Positions 11,046 through 20,287 of a DNA stretch of 64,000 bases are shown here, piece by piece. The stretch lies in assembly GCA_963662545.2 (NCBI GenBank), contig CAXXLL010000003.1, forward strand, positions 672,001 to 736,000, written 5' to 3'. Position 1 is the first letter of the stretch; every line of letters begins with the position of its first letter. This DNA comes from Gammaproteobacteria bacterium (GTDB taxonomy: Bacteria; Pseudomonadota; Gammaproteobacteria; Ga0077536). The notes under the pieces were generated by a model. The model did no database searches. It saw only the letters and a program-made list of their open reading frames with translations, and was not told where the DNA came from. Position numbers and translations under genes: made by a program.

Positions 11046-12503
11046 ATGCCTTCGACGCCAAACCAAACTGTAGCGGCCCGGGTCTCACTCATTTTTTCAG
11101 CGGGACTGTGCGCGGCGTTCCTCGTCTTCGCGCCCGGCCTTGCCGCCGACGATACGGCCGCCTTGATCGATCGGCTTGACGCGATCCGCCAGGCCTACGG
11201 CGTACCCGCCTTTGGCGCCGCGCTGGTTTCAGGCCAGGAGACGGTATTCGCCGGCGCGCGCGGTATCGCCAACCTCGAAAGCGGCCGCGCGGCCGACGAC
11301 GATACCGTGTTCAGGATCGGCTCCATCACGAAAGCGTTCACGGCGCTCGCCGTCCTCATGGCGGCAGAAGACGGCCTGTTGGACCTCGACGCACCGCTCG
11401 ACGCCTTGATCGGTCCTGGTTTTTATGTGAATTCGTGGGCACCGGAGCATCCCGTCACGCTCGTCCATCTACTGGAACACAGCGCGGGATTTGCAGATTT
11501 GTCGATGGAGGAGATGTACCACAGCGACCCGGCGCCGTTCGCACTCGCAGACGCCGTGCGGTTCCGACCGCAGAACCGGCGAGTACTGTGGCGGCCCGGC
11601 CTGCATTATTCCTATAGCAACGCGGGCGCGGGCCTTGCGGCGTATGCGCTCGAGCAGCGCACCGGGATCCCCTACGAAGTCTTCGTCCGCGATCGTATTT
11701 TCGCCCCGCTCGCCATGGACACGGCCTCGGTGTTGCTCGATTCGACGCCACGAAACTCGCTCGCCGCCGGATATGACAGTGATGCCAGCACGCCCATCCC
11801 CTATTGGCACATGCTGTTTCGCGCGTTCGGCGCGATCAATGCGCGGCCGCGCGATATGGCCGGCTTCGTCAAGCTGTTCACCGGCCGCGGCGAAGTCGGG
11901 GGTCGGCGCATCGTGCCCGGGACGCTGATCGCGCGCATGGAGTTTCCGGAGTCGACACTCGCCGCGCGCTCCGGCCTGCGCTTTGGATATGGACTCGGGA
12001 TCTATTCCTGGTTCAGCAACGGCGTGCTGTTCCATGGCCACGGCGGCGACGGCGATGGTTATCTCGCCCACTTCGGCTACAACCCGCGCACGGCGCGCGG
12101 CTACTTCGTCGTGATCAACGCCTTCACCCATGTGCCGCTTCGAAAGATGCGTACGGCGATTGAGCAATACCTGACGCGCGACGTCCCGGCGGCGACATTC
12201 GAGCCCGTAGCGGGCATTCAGGCAAGCGCCATCACGGGGACGTATGAACGGGCGACTTACCGGTTCCCGCAAGGTTCGGATGACGAACCCGATCGCATGG
12301 AGATCACGGGGACGCGGGGCCAATTACTTACGCGCGAAAGCGGTGCCGAGCCACAGCCGCTGCTGGCCGTCAACGCGCAGCATTTCCGGCGGACAGACGA
12401 ACCGTCCGCGACGATCGCGATCGTGCCCGACGAACGCGGGCGCCTTTTCTACCAGGGGGAGCGCGAAAACTACCAACGGATAGACACACACGGGCTCGAA
12501 TAA
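11046..12503 (+). CDS. Exported serine hydrolase, beta-lactamase/class C-like family
   Basis: Signal peptide, FRIGSITK (SxxK), LLEHSAG, YSYSN (YxN), HGG. Confidence 0.85.
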   Translation: MPSTPNQTVAARVSLIFSAGLCAAFLVFAPGLAADDTAALIDRLDAIRQAYGVPAFGAALVSGQETVFAGARGIANLESGRAADDDTVFRIGSITKAFTALAVLMAAEDGLLDLDAPLDALIGPGFYVNSWAPEHPVTLVHLLEHSAGFADLSMEEMYHSDPAPFALADAVRFRPQNRRVLWRPGLHYSYSNAGAGLAAYALEQRTGIPYEVFVRDRIFAPLAMDTASVLLDSTPRNSLAAGYDSDASTPIPYWHMLFRAFGAINARPRDMAGFVKLFTGRGEVGGRRIVPGTLIARMEFPESTLAARSGLRFGYGLGIYSWFSNGVLFHGHGGDGDGYLAHFGYNPRTARGYFVVINAFTHVPLRKMRTAIEQYLTRDVPAATFEPVAGIQASAITGTYERATYRFPQGSDDEPDRMEITGTRGQLLTRESGAEPQPLLAVNAQHFRRTDEPSATIAIVPDERGRLFYQGERENYQRIDTHGLE

Positions 12504-12552
12504 GCACCGGCTGCGCATCCTGCTGATAAGCCCCGGGGCCGAACAGACGGGG

Positions 12553-12561
12553 TGATATGCT
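12553..12561 (+). promoter_or_regulatory. Putative extended -10 promoter (TGaTATGCT) for a leaderless arfB mRNA
   Basis: TGn-TATGCT ends 6 nt before ATG 12568; no SD in between. Confidence 0.45.
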
Positions 12562-12567
12562 GCGCCG

Positions 12568-12987
12568 ATGCTGAAAATTGCGCATGACATCGAGATCCCG
12601 GCGCATGAGATCGAAATCTCCGCGACGCGCGCCAGCGGCCCCGGCGGGCAGAACGTAAACAAAGTCTCGACCGCCGTCGTCCTGCGGTTTGACGTAGCGC
12701 GCTCCTCGCTGCCGCAACGCTACAAAGATGGCGTACTCGCGCTCGCCGACCGCCGCGTTTCGCGCACGGGCATGGTCACCATCAAGGCGCAGCGCTATCG
12801 CAGCCAGGATCGAAATCGCGCGGACGCCCTGCTACGGCTGCAGGCCTTGATCTGCCACGGCGCCCGCCGCCCGCGGCCCCGCATCCCCACCCGGCCGTCC
12901 GCGGCATCACGCAAGCGTAGACTGAATGACAAAAAGAACCGCGCACGCACCAAGGGCCTGCGGCGCCCGCCGTCGGCGAACGACTGA
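12568..12987 (+). CDS. arfB: Alternative ribosome rescue peptidyl-tRNA hydrolase ArfB (YaeJ)
   Basis: RASGPGGQNVNK, RSQDRNR, basic tail PTRPSAASRKRRLNDKK. Confidence 0.95.
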   Translation: MLKIAHDIEIPAHEIEISATRASGPGGQNVNKVSTAVVLRFDVARSSLPQRYKDGVLALADRRVSRTGMVTIKAQRYRSQDRNRADALLRLQALICHGARRPRPRIPTRPSAASRKRRLNDKKNRARTKGLRRPPSAND

Positions 12988-13107
12988 TCTTAGCGGCATC
13001 GACATCGATCGATGCCATCTGACCGGCTGGCGCCTTCGGCGTCGATTACATGCCCGGACCTTGGCGGTGATATAGTGCCCGGTGTGCCGATTCGGGAGGA
13101 GTGCATC

Positions 13108-13329
13108 ATGAAATACCGAGTGTTACTGCTGTTCCTGGTAGGACTGCTCATCAGCGCCTGCGGAGACGACAAGCCGGCGGCCCAGGCCGCGAAACCCGCG
13201 CCGAGCGCGAGTCCGGCGACGACGGAAGAAACGGTCGTGGCCGACGAGGAAGAACTCGTCTACGAGCAGATCGACGTCTCGAAACTCGACAACGAGTGGT
13301 GGCAACAGTATTCCGGGGGCGGAGGCTAG
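13108..13329 (+). CDS. Small hypothetical lipoprotein (73 aa)
   Basis: SD GGAGGAG; signal peptide with lipobox LISA-C; Ala/Pro/Glu-rich linker; C-terminus IDVSKLDNEWWQQYSGGGG. Confidence 0.8.
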   Translation: MKYRVLLLFLVGLLISACGDDKPAAQAAKPAPSASPATTEETVVADEEELVYEQIDVSKLDNEWWQQYSGGGG

Positions 13330-13350
13330 ATAAGGCTGCCCCGAACTATC

Positions 13351-13369
13351 CTCGGGGGTCACCCCCGAG
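13351..13369. repeat. Perfect 9-1-9 palindrome, REP-like
   Basis: CTCGGGGGT-C-ACCCCCGAG about 20 nt after the lipoprotein stop; shares GGGGTCA with the 62112 hairpin. Confidence 0.5.
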
Positions 13370-13507
13370 ATCTACCCGGCTCCGGGTTCGTTCGCGTCGA
13401 AATGCCGGCGTTGATTCCATAACGGGACCGGAAACTTTCCGCGGCGCCCACTTGGCCAAGCAGTACCGCAAGTACGTTCCCGGCATTCGCCGCCGGCGAG
13501 GTTTCAA

Positions 13508-14149
13508 ATGGAATTCACAGACATCGTCCGCACCACTCACACCTGCCGTTATTTCAAGCCTGATCCCGTCCCCGATGAGATGCTGGCGAACGTGCTCGAT
13601 GCAGTGCGATGGGGACCCAGCGGTGGTAACCGCCAACCAGTGAGCCTGATCGTGGTGCGCGAAACCGCGATGAAGGAAAAACTGCAGGGTCTCTACCTGC
13701 CGATCTGGGACGCCTACGTCGTGGGTATTGACCAGGGAAAAGTCCGCGTCGGCGGACGTTCGCAACTCATTGACGATGCCGATTACTTCGCGCGGCACCT
13801 CGCCGAGATCCCGATCCTGGTGATGGTCTGTGCACGACTTGCCGACGTCCACCCGACCGATGTCGATCTCGACCGCCTGAGCATCGTCGGCGGCGCTTCG
13901 GTCTATCCCCAGATACAGAACATGATGCTCGCCGCGCGCAACGTCGGCCTTGGAACGGCCCTGACGACCCTGCTCTGCGCCGTCGAGCCGCAGGTCAAAA
14001 CCCTGCTCGGCATTCCCGACGAGGTCTCGACCGCCGCCATGATTCCGATGGGATGGCCGGTAAAACCATTTCCGAAAAAGCTCAATCGGCGGCCGCTGGA
14101 AGAGATGGTTTTTATGGAATCCTACGAGAACGCATTCATTCCGGCTTGA
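13508..14149 (+). CDS. Nitroreductase family protein
   Basis: CRYFKPDPVPDE, GPSGGNRQP, GASVYPQIQNMMLAARNVGLGT, IPMGWP. Confidence 0.9.
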   Translation: MEFTDIVRTTHTCRYFKPDPVPDEMLANVLDAVRWGPSGGNRQPVSLIVVRETAMKEKLQGLYLPIWDAYVVGIDQGKVRVGGRSQLIDDADYFARHLAEIPILVMVCARLADVHPTDVDLDRLSIVGGASVYPQIQNMMLAARNVGLGTALTTLLCAVEPQVKTLLGIPDEVSTAAMIPMGWPVKPFPKKLNRRPLEEMVFMESYENAFIPA

Positions 14150-14159
14150 GGTATTTTAG

Positions 14160-14321
14160 GGAACCCCTGAATAAGTCATGGCCCATCTGCCTTGTCCAAG
14201 AAATCGCGGAGCCGTAACCGACGATCCTGGCCCATAGTCACCGCTATGGCCGGCGATTCGTGCCTTGATCTGAACCATTGCATGAACCATTCAGACCCAC
14301 CGTGACTTATTCAGAGGTTCC
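14160..14321. mobile_element. MITE family A, copy 2
   Basis: 162 bp; GGAACCCCTGAATAAGTCATGG ... CGTGACTTATTCAGAGGTTCC; flanks TTAG / CTAG. The right flank contains the stop codon of the convergent gene. Confidence 0.9.
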
Positions 14322-14588
14322 CTAGATCCCCATGTTGCTCAGGGTCACCATGATGTCATTCAGAATGTTGGTGATCCGGGGGTGTGCAAGCTCGAATTGC
14401 TCGATGTGATGCTTCACGGCGTCAACGAGCGAGGCGTCACCATCGCCACGTTCCAGCGCATCGAGCCGCCCTTCTACGTCATCGATCAGTACGCGCAGTT
14501 TTTCATCAACGTCTACTGCACCGGGGTCGATGTCATCGAGCTCGCGGCGCAGGCGTTCCAGGGCATGTTCAAGTTGCTCGCGGCTCAT
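14322..14588 (-). CDS. DUF4404-like small helical protein
   Basis: MSREQLEHALERLRREL ... FELAHPRITNILNDIMVTLSNMGI matches my recollection of the family C-terminus. Confidence 0.75.
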   Translation of the reverse strand: MSREQLEHALERLRRELDDIDPGAVDVDEKLRVLIDDVEGRLDALERGDGDASLVDAVKHHIEQFELAHPRITNILNDIMVTLSNMGI

Positions 14589-14690
14589 GTCAGATTTTTT
14601 CGATGCGGACTTGCGATCATTATAAAGTGAAGCCGAACGAATTCGACTCCACATCCGCGCACCGCTTTCGGCGACCCACTGCCCGCCCGC

Positions 14691-15695
14691 TCATTCGACG
14701 GTGATAACGGCGGCGCCCTCTAGGCGGCCGGCCCGCAGATCGTCAAGTGCTTTATTCGCATCCCGAAGAGCGTACGGCTTGACGTGACTCCTAACAGGAA
14801 CCCGCACGGCAAGGGCGAAGAACTCGCGAGCGTCGTCCCGGGTCAGATTCGCGACCGATACGATCTGGCGTTCACCCCACAGGATGTCGTAGGGAAACGC
14901 GGGAATGTCGCTCATGTGGATGCCACCGCAGACGACCCGGCCGCCCTTGCACAGCATCGCGAGTGCCGTCGGCACGAGCGCGCCAACCGGCGCAAAAATG
15001 ATCACGGCGTCCAGCTCGCAGGACGGCATCTCGTCCGAGCCGCCAGCCCAGATGGCGCCCATCTCGCGCGCGAATTTCTGCGCGGCGCCGTCGCCGGGAC
15101 GCGTGAACGCAAACACTTCGCGCTCCTGGAATACCGCGATCTGCGTAACGATGTGCGCTGCCGCGCCGAATCCCATAATGCCGAGGCGACGTGCGGATCC
15201 CGCCTTGCATAACGAGCGGTAGCCGATCAGACCCGCGCATAAAAGCGGCGCCGCCACCAGGTCGCCGAACGTCTCCGGCAGTTCGAAACAATAGCGTGCA
15301 TCGGCGAGGCAATACTCCGCGTAACCGCCGTCTACCGTATAGCCGGTGAATCCGGCCCGATCACAGAGGTTCTCGCGCCCGCCCTTGCAGTAGGTACACT
15401 CACCACAAGTATGCCCGAGCCAGGGAATACCGACGCGTGCGTGCAGGTCGAGGTCCTCGACACTGTGGCCGACTTCCACCACGCGACCAACGATCTCATG
15501 GCCGGGGATCAGGGGATACTTCGCGGCATTGAGATCGCCGTCGATGATGTGCAGATCCGTGCGGCAGACCCCGCAGACCGACACCTGCACCAGAACTTCA
15601 CCGACCCGCGGCGCCGGCACGGGGATCGATTCGAGAACCAGGTGCTGGCCGGCTTCATGCAACCGCATCGCCTGCATCGTTTCAGGGGTGGGCAT
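14691..15695 (-). CDS. Zinc-dependent alcohol dehydrogenase (AdhP-like)
   Basis: CGVCRTDLH, PGHEIVG, structural Zn CGECTYC...C, APLLCAG, GFGAAAH. Confidence 0.93.
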   Translation of the reverse strand: MPTPETMQAMRLHEAGQHLVLESIPVPAPRVGEVLVQVSVCGVCRTDLHIIDGDLNAAKYPLIPGHEIVGRVVEVGHSVEDLDLHARVGIPWLGHTCGECTYCKGGRENLCDRAGFTGYTVDGGYAEYCLADARYCFELPETFGDLVAAPLLCAGLIGYRSLCKAGSARRLGIMGFGAAAHIVTQIAVFQEREVFAFTRPGDGAAQKFAREMGAIWAGGSDEMPSCELDAVIIFAPVGALVPTALAMLCKGGRVVCGGIHMSDIPAFPYDILWGERQIVSVANLTRDDAREFFALAVRVPVRSHVKPYALRDANKALDDLRAGRLEGAAVITVE

Positions 15696-16839
15696 CGACC
15701 TCTTCCTCGAGATCGGTAAAGAGGATTTGCAGATCGTTCAAAAAGCGAAAGCCCGTATCCGTCGGTTCGACCCGCTCGCCTGTTCGATCCAGCCAACCGC
15801 GATCGACCGCATTCTCCAGCGGCGTGGCCACGACGCTAACGGGCAAGCGCGTACTCGTTTCGAATTCGCGCAGCGTAAATCCCTGCTTGAGCCGGAGTGC
15901 ATTAAGCATGAATTCCGTCGCCAGAGTAACGCCCTCGATGGCCTGCTCGCTTTCGAGCGCATACCCGCGCCGAGCTTCCTTGACGTAGCGCCGGGGATGG
16001 CGAATCTTGACCGTGCGCACGATCCCCGTCGCATCCGTGCGCTTGCCGTGCGCACCGGCGCCGATCCCAAGGTAATCCCCGAATCGCCAGTAGTTCAGGT
16101 TGTGCCGCGCCTCGCGGCCGGACCGCGCGTACGCCGAGATTTCATATTGCACGAAGCCGCCCTGTGCCAACCGTTCGACGCCGCATTCATAATCGTCGCA
16201 GATCTGATCGTGTCCCGGTAATGGCGGCGGCTTGCGCGCGAACGCGGTCCCTTCCTCGATGGTGAGCTGGTACCACGAAATGTGCTCGGGTGCGAAAGCC
16301 AGCGCTTGCTCCAGGTCAATCACACCATCCCCTGGACGATCGCCCGGCAAACCGAACATCAAATCCAAATTTAGATTGCCAAAGCCGGCGTCACGGGCGG
16401 CATCGATGGCGCGGCGCGCTTCAGCGCCGTCGTGGATCCGGCCTAGGGCTTTGAGTTTGCCATCGTCGAAGCTCTGCACGCCGATCGAGAGCCGATTGAC
16501 GCCGGCCGCGTGGTAATCGCGAAACCGCTCGGCGTCGACCGTCCCCGGGTTTGCTTCGAGAGTGATTTCGATATCTTCCTCGAAGACACAGCGCGCGGTA
16601 AGTCCGTCTAGCAGCGCTGCGATCGCACCACCGCTGAAGAGACTGGGCGTACCGCCGCCGATGAAAACGCTCGCGAGTTCGATCGCGCCCCAGGCGTCGA
16701 GTTCGACGTCGAGATCCGCAAGAAGGGCACGAACGTATTCATCTTCCGCCAGCACCGGATCGCGCTCGTAGGAATTGAAATCACAATAGGGACACTTGCT
16801 CACGCACCAGGGCAGGTGGACGTAGAGGTTAGCGCTCAT
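15682..16839 (-). CDS. hemW: Radical SAM heme chaperone HemW
   Basis: LYVHLPWCVSKCPYCDFNS, GGGTPS, EANP, YEISAY, HNLNYW; rph-rdgB-hemW synteny. Confidence 0.93.
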   Translation of the reverse strand: MSANLYVHLPWCVSKCPYCDFNSYERDPVLAEDEYVRALLADLDVELDAWGAIELASVFIGGGTPSLFSGGAIAALLDGLTARCVFEEDIEITLEANPGTVDAERFRDYHAAGVNRLSIGVQSFDDGKLKALGRIHDGAEARRAIDAARDAGFGNLNLDLMFGLPGDRPGDGVIDLEQALAFAPEHISWYQLTIEEGTAFARKPPPLPGHDQICDDYECGVERLAQGGFVQYEISAYARSGREARHNLNYWRFGDYLGIGAGAHGKRTDATGIVRTVKIRHPRRYVKEARRGYALESEQAIEGVTLATEFMLNALRLKQGFTLREFETSTRLPVSVVATPLENAVDRGWLDRTGERVEPTDTGFRFLNDLQILFTDLEEEVDAHP

Positions 16840-17426
16840 GCCGGACGAAACGACGCGAGCAAGGCACTCAGCGCCTGGGCTCGATGGCTGATGCGGTTCT
16901 TCGTGGTCGGATCCAGCTCCGCCGAGGAACAGTCCCGGTCAGGGACATAGAAGATCGGATCGTAGCCGAAACCGTTGCTACCGCGGGGCGATCGCAGCAA
17001 GGATCCTTCCCATACGCCAGTCGCGATTACGGGCAAGGGATCGTCGGCGCTTTTGAGGTACGCGATAACACAGATGAATCGACAGGAACGTTCAGCGACG
17101 GGCACGGATTCGACATCGGTAAGGAGTTTCTTGAGGTTCGCTTCATCACTCGCTCCGGGACCTGCGTAGCGCGCAGAATAAACGCCGGGCGCGCCGTTCA
17201 ACGCGTCGACCGAGAGGCCGGAGTCATCGGCAATTGCGGGCAGCCGGGCAAGCTTCGCCGCATGGCGTGCCTTGATGATCGCGTTCTCGACGAAGGTCGT
17301 GCCGGTCTCGTCCACCGGCGGAATTTCGAATTCCGACTGCAGATAGACCTGCACCTCAAGCCCTTCCATCATTGCCTTGAGTTCCCTTATCTTCCCGGGA
17401 TTGGCACTCGCGAGCACGATGTCCAT
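16836..17426 (-). CDS. rdgB: dITP/XTP pyrophosphatase
   Basis: LASANPGK, ENAIIKA, ADDSGL, PGVYSARY, GFGYDP, SHR. Confidence 0.96.
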   Translation of the reverse strand: MDIVLASANPGKIRELKAMMEGLEVQVYLQSEFEIPPVDETGTTFVENAIIKARHAAKLARLPAIADDSGLSVDALNGAPGVYSARYAGPGASDEANLKKLLTDVESVPVAERSCRFICVIAYLKSADDPLPVIATGVWEGSLLRSPRGSNGFGYDPIFYVPDRDCSSAELDPTTKNRISHRAQALSALLASFRPA

Positions 17427-17506
17427 CAAAAATATTCGGTCGGGCGAGAGGGGGTGGTGTTGACCTTGTCCGATGGAGGTACGGGCCACTGCGCACGCGC
17501 AAACAT

Positions 17507-18229
17507 TCAGTTCGCCCGCGCTGCCTCCTGCAGCTTGATCAGGTCCGCGATCCCCACTGACGCAAGATTCAGCAATTCATCCAATTCATCGCGTCGGAAA
17601 GCATGACCTTCCGCGGTACCCTGGATCTCGACGAAATGCCGCGCATTGTTCATGACGACGTTCATATCCGTCTCCGCGTTGGAATCCTCAGCATAGTCGA
17701 GGTCGAGTACGGGTGCGCCGTCGAAGATGCCCACCGACACGGAAGCCACCGCGCCGTGCAAGGGATTCTTCGAGATCTTGCGGGTCTCCATCAGCTTGTC
17801 CACGGCATCGGCCAGCGCGATGTAGGCGCCGGTGATCGACGCGGTCCGCGTGCCGCCGTCAGCTTGCAGCACATCGCAGTCAAGCGTGATCGTCTGCTCG
17901 CCCAGCGCTTCCAGGTCGACCACTGCGCGCAGTGAGCGGCCGATCAAACGCTGAATTTCCAGCGTGCGCCCGCCCTGGCGTCCTTGATTGGCCTCGCGCC
18001 GCATACGCGAATGAGTCGCGCGCGGGAGCATCCCGTATTCGGCCGTGACCCAGCCTGTACCCGAGCCCTTGAGAAAGGGAGGCACGCGCGATTCCACGCT
18101 GGCGTTACAGATCACCCGGGTCTCGCCGAATTCGACCAGCACCGATCCTTCCGCATGCACGGTATAGTTCCGCGTAAAACACACTTTGCGCATTTCGTCG
18201 GGCGCGCGACCGCTCGGCCTTTGTGACAT
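17507..18229 (-). CDS. rph: Ribonuclease PH
   Basis: [44 protein letters not shown]; start taken at ATG 18229. Confidence 0.97.
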   Translation of the reverse strand: MSQRPSGRAPDEMRKVCFTRNYTVHAEGSVLVEFGETRVICNASVESRVPPFLKGSGTGWVTAEYGMLPRATHSRMRREANQGRQGGRTLEIQRLIGRSLRAVVDLEALGEQTITLDCDVLQADGGTRTASITGAYIALADAVDKLMETRKISKNPLHGAVASVSVGIFDGAPVLDLDYAEDSNAETDMNVVMNNARHFVEIQGTAEGHAFRRDELDELLNLASVGIADLIKLQEAARAN

Positions 18230-18405
18230 CCAAGCTCTCGTCGTTGATTTGGCGTCATTATAACCATCAGACCTGCCAACGAGGACGCCGTCTGCTAAAC
18301 GCATTGCGGCACCTGGCTCACGCACTAACCGGTGCGGAAAGTGCCTTCGACATCCTGTTAAGATCAACTATCAGGCTTTCGCAGCAGGAGACGATCGATC
18401 TCACT

Positions 18406-19272
18406 ATGCCTTCCAGCATGACCAGTTTCGCGCGCGTCGAATTCGACGGCAATTGGGGGCGCGGTGCGTGGGAACTACGCTCGGTCAATCACCGTTACTC
18501 GGAAGTATTCGTGCGGCTCCCCGAGGAGTTTCGCGGGCTCGAATCCGCCGTGCGCAATCGCGTAGGCCGCGACGTCAAGGGCGGCAAAGTCGATTGCATC
18601 CTGCGCATCGATGTCGCCCAAGCCATCGCGAGTGAAATCCGCATCAACGAACGGGCCGCCCAAGCGCTGGTCGAGGCGACGCGGAAAATCGCTTTATACA
18701 CCGGCGGCGACGCGCCGATTAACCCCATGGACGTACTGCGCTGGCCGGGCGTTACGGAAGTCCCGGAGGTGGATCTCGATGCCGTCAACCGAGTGGTGCT
18801 CGGCAAACTGAACGACGCGCTAGATGAATTTCTCGATACCCGGCGGCGCGAGGGTAGCAAGCTCAAGGACACCATCATCAAGCGGCTCGCCGGACTATCG
18901 GCACAACTCGACATGCTCGAGGTGCGCGTGCCCGAAATCATCGAGTCTGTTCGTGAGCGCCACTATCAGCGGATCCGAGAGATTGCTGGCGGTCTGGACG
19001 AATCCCGCGTCGAACAGGAGTGCGCGCTGCTGCTGCAGCGGCTGGATGTCGCTGAGGAACTCGATCGGCTGCGGGCGCACGTCGAGGAAGTCACGCGCGT
19101 ATTGGACGCCGACGAACCGATCGGGCGACGGCTCGATTTCCTCATGCAGGAACTCAATCGAGAAGCGAACACGCTCGGTTCAAAATCGGCGCACATCGAC
19201 ACCGCAGGGGCGGCGGTCGAACTCAAGGTACTGATCGAACAAATGCGCGAACAGGTCCAAAACCTTGAGTGA
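18406..19272 (+). CDS. yicC: YicC/YloC family endoribonuclease
   Basis: SMTSFAR, ELRSVNHRY, EELDRL, GRRLDFLMQELNREANTLGSK, IEQMREQVQNLE; divergent from rph. Confidence 0.95.
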   Translation: MPSSMTSFARVEFDGNWGRGAWELRSVNHRYSEVFVRLPEEFRGLESAVRNRVGRDVKGGKVDCILRIDVAQAIASEIRINERAAQALVEATRKIALYTGGDAPINPMDVLRWPGVTEVPEVDLDAVNRVVLGKLNDALDEFLDTRRREGSKLKDTIIKRLAGLSAQLDMLEVRVPEIIESVRERHYQRIREIAGGLDESRVEQECALLLQRLDVAEELDRLRAHVEEVTRVLDADEPIGRRLDFLMQELNREANTLGSKSAHIDTAGAAVELKVLIEQMREQVQNLE

Positions 19273-19903
19273 GATCCATTCCAGCACCGCCACTGGATAC
19301 CTGTTCGTCGTGTCGGCGCCCTCGGGCGGCGGCAAAACGACCCTGGTGCACGCGCTCCTAAATGCTACCGAGGGCTTGGACGTCTCAGTGTCACACACGA
19401 CACGCCCGCGCCGGGCTGACGAGCGGGACGGCATCGACTACCACTTCGTCAACGACGCGAAGTTCGACGCCATGATCGCCGGCGGCGAATTTCTCGAGCA
19501 CGCCGTGGTCTTCGATCACCGCTACGGAACAAGCCGCGATAGAGTATTCGAGCATCTCCAGAACGGCCGCGATGTCGTGCTCGACATTGACTGGCAGGGT
19601 GCGCGCATGGTGCGGGAAAGGTCCGACAACACCGTCTCGATCTTTATTCTCCCGCCGTCGGTCAAGGAACTCGAGCGACGCCTCACCGATCGGGGCGGCG
19701 ACAGCGCAGAAGTGATCGTGCGCCGCATGCGCGACGCCGTGAACGAGATGTCGCACTACCACGAATACGACTACCTCGTGTTCAACGACGATTTCGATCG
19801 CGCCGTCGTCGCGCTCGGGAACGTCGTTGGAGCTGCGCGCCAGCGGCGTGCCATACAGCAGGCGCGCCACGCGGACATCCTCACTCAGCTCGTGGCCACT
19901 TGA
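19265..19903 (+). CDS. gmk: Guanylate kinase
   Basis: SAPSGGGKTT, SVSHTTR, DIDWQGA, FILPPS. Confidence 0.97.
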   Translation: MSEIHSSTATGYLFVVSAPSGGGKTTLVHALLNATEGLDVSVSHTTRPRRADERDGIDYHFVNDAKFDAMIAGGEFLEHAVVFDHRYGTSRDRVFEHLQNGRDVVLDIDWQGARMVRERSDNTVSIFILPPSVKELERRLTDRGGDSAEVIVRRMRDAVNEMSHYHEYDYLVFNDDFDRAVVALGNVVGAARQRRAIQQARHADILTQLVAT

Positions 19904-19978
19904 GCCAGATTTTGCTATGCTCCGCCGTCCAGCTCGCTGGATTCAACCCGCTTACTTTTTTTCGGGGATTCCAATGCC

Positions 19979-20266
19979 ATGGCACGTGTGACTGTCGAAG
20001 ACTGTTTGCCCTCCGTCGATAACCGCTTCGACCTGGTACTGGTCGCCAGCCGGCGCGCTCGGCAGATTGCCCAGGGCGCGCATCCCCTGGTCGATGTCGA
20101 CAACGATAAGCCGACCGTTGTAGCGCTCCGCGAAATCGCGGCCGGCCTGATGAATCAGGAGATCCTGGACGAAATCGAGGCCAAGGAACGCGCCGCGGAG
20201 GAATACGACCTCGCCGCGGAGTTTGCCGAGCAACAGATCGCCGCCCGGCCCGATCCGCGACCGTAA
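19979..20266 (+). CDS. rpoZ: RNA polymerase omega subunit
   Basis: [35 protein letters not shown]. Confidence 0.98.
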   Translation: MARVTVEDCLPSVDNRFDLVLVASRRARQIAQGAHPLVDVDNDKPTVVALREIAAGLMNQEILDEIEAKERAAEEYDLAAEFAEQQIAARPDPRP

Positions 20267-20287
20267 GGTTCGACAAGGCTGCCAGGG

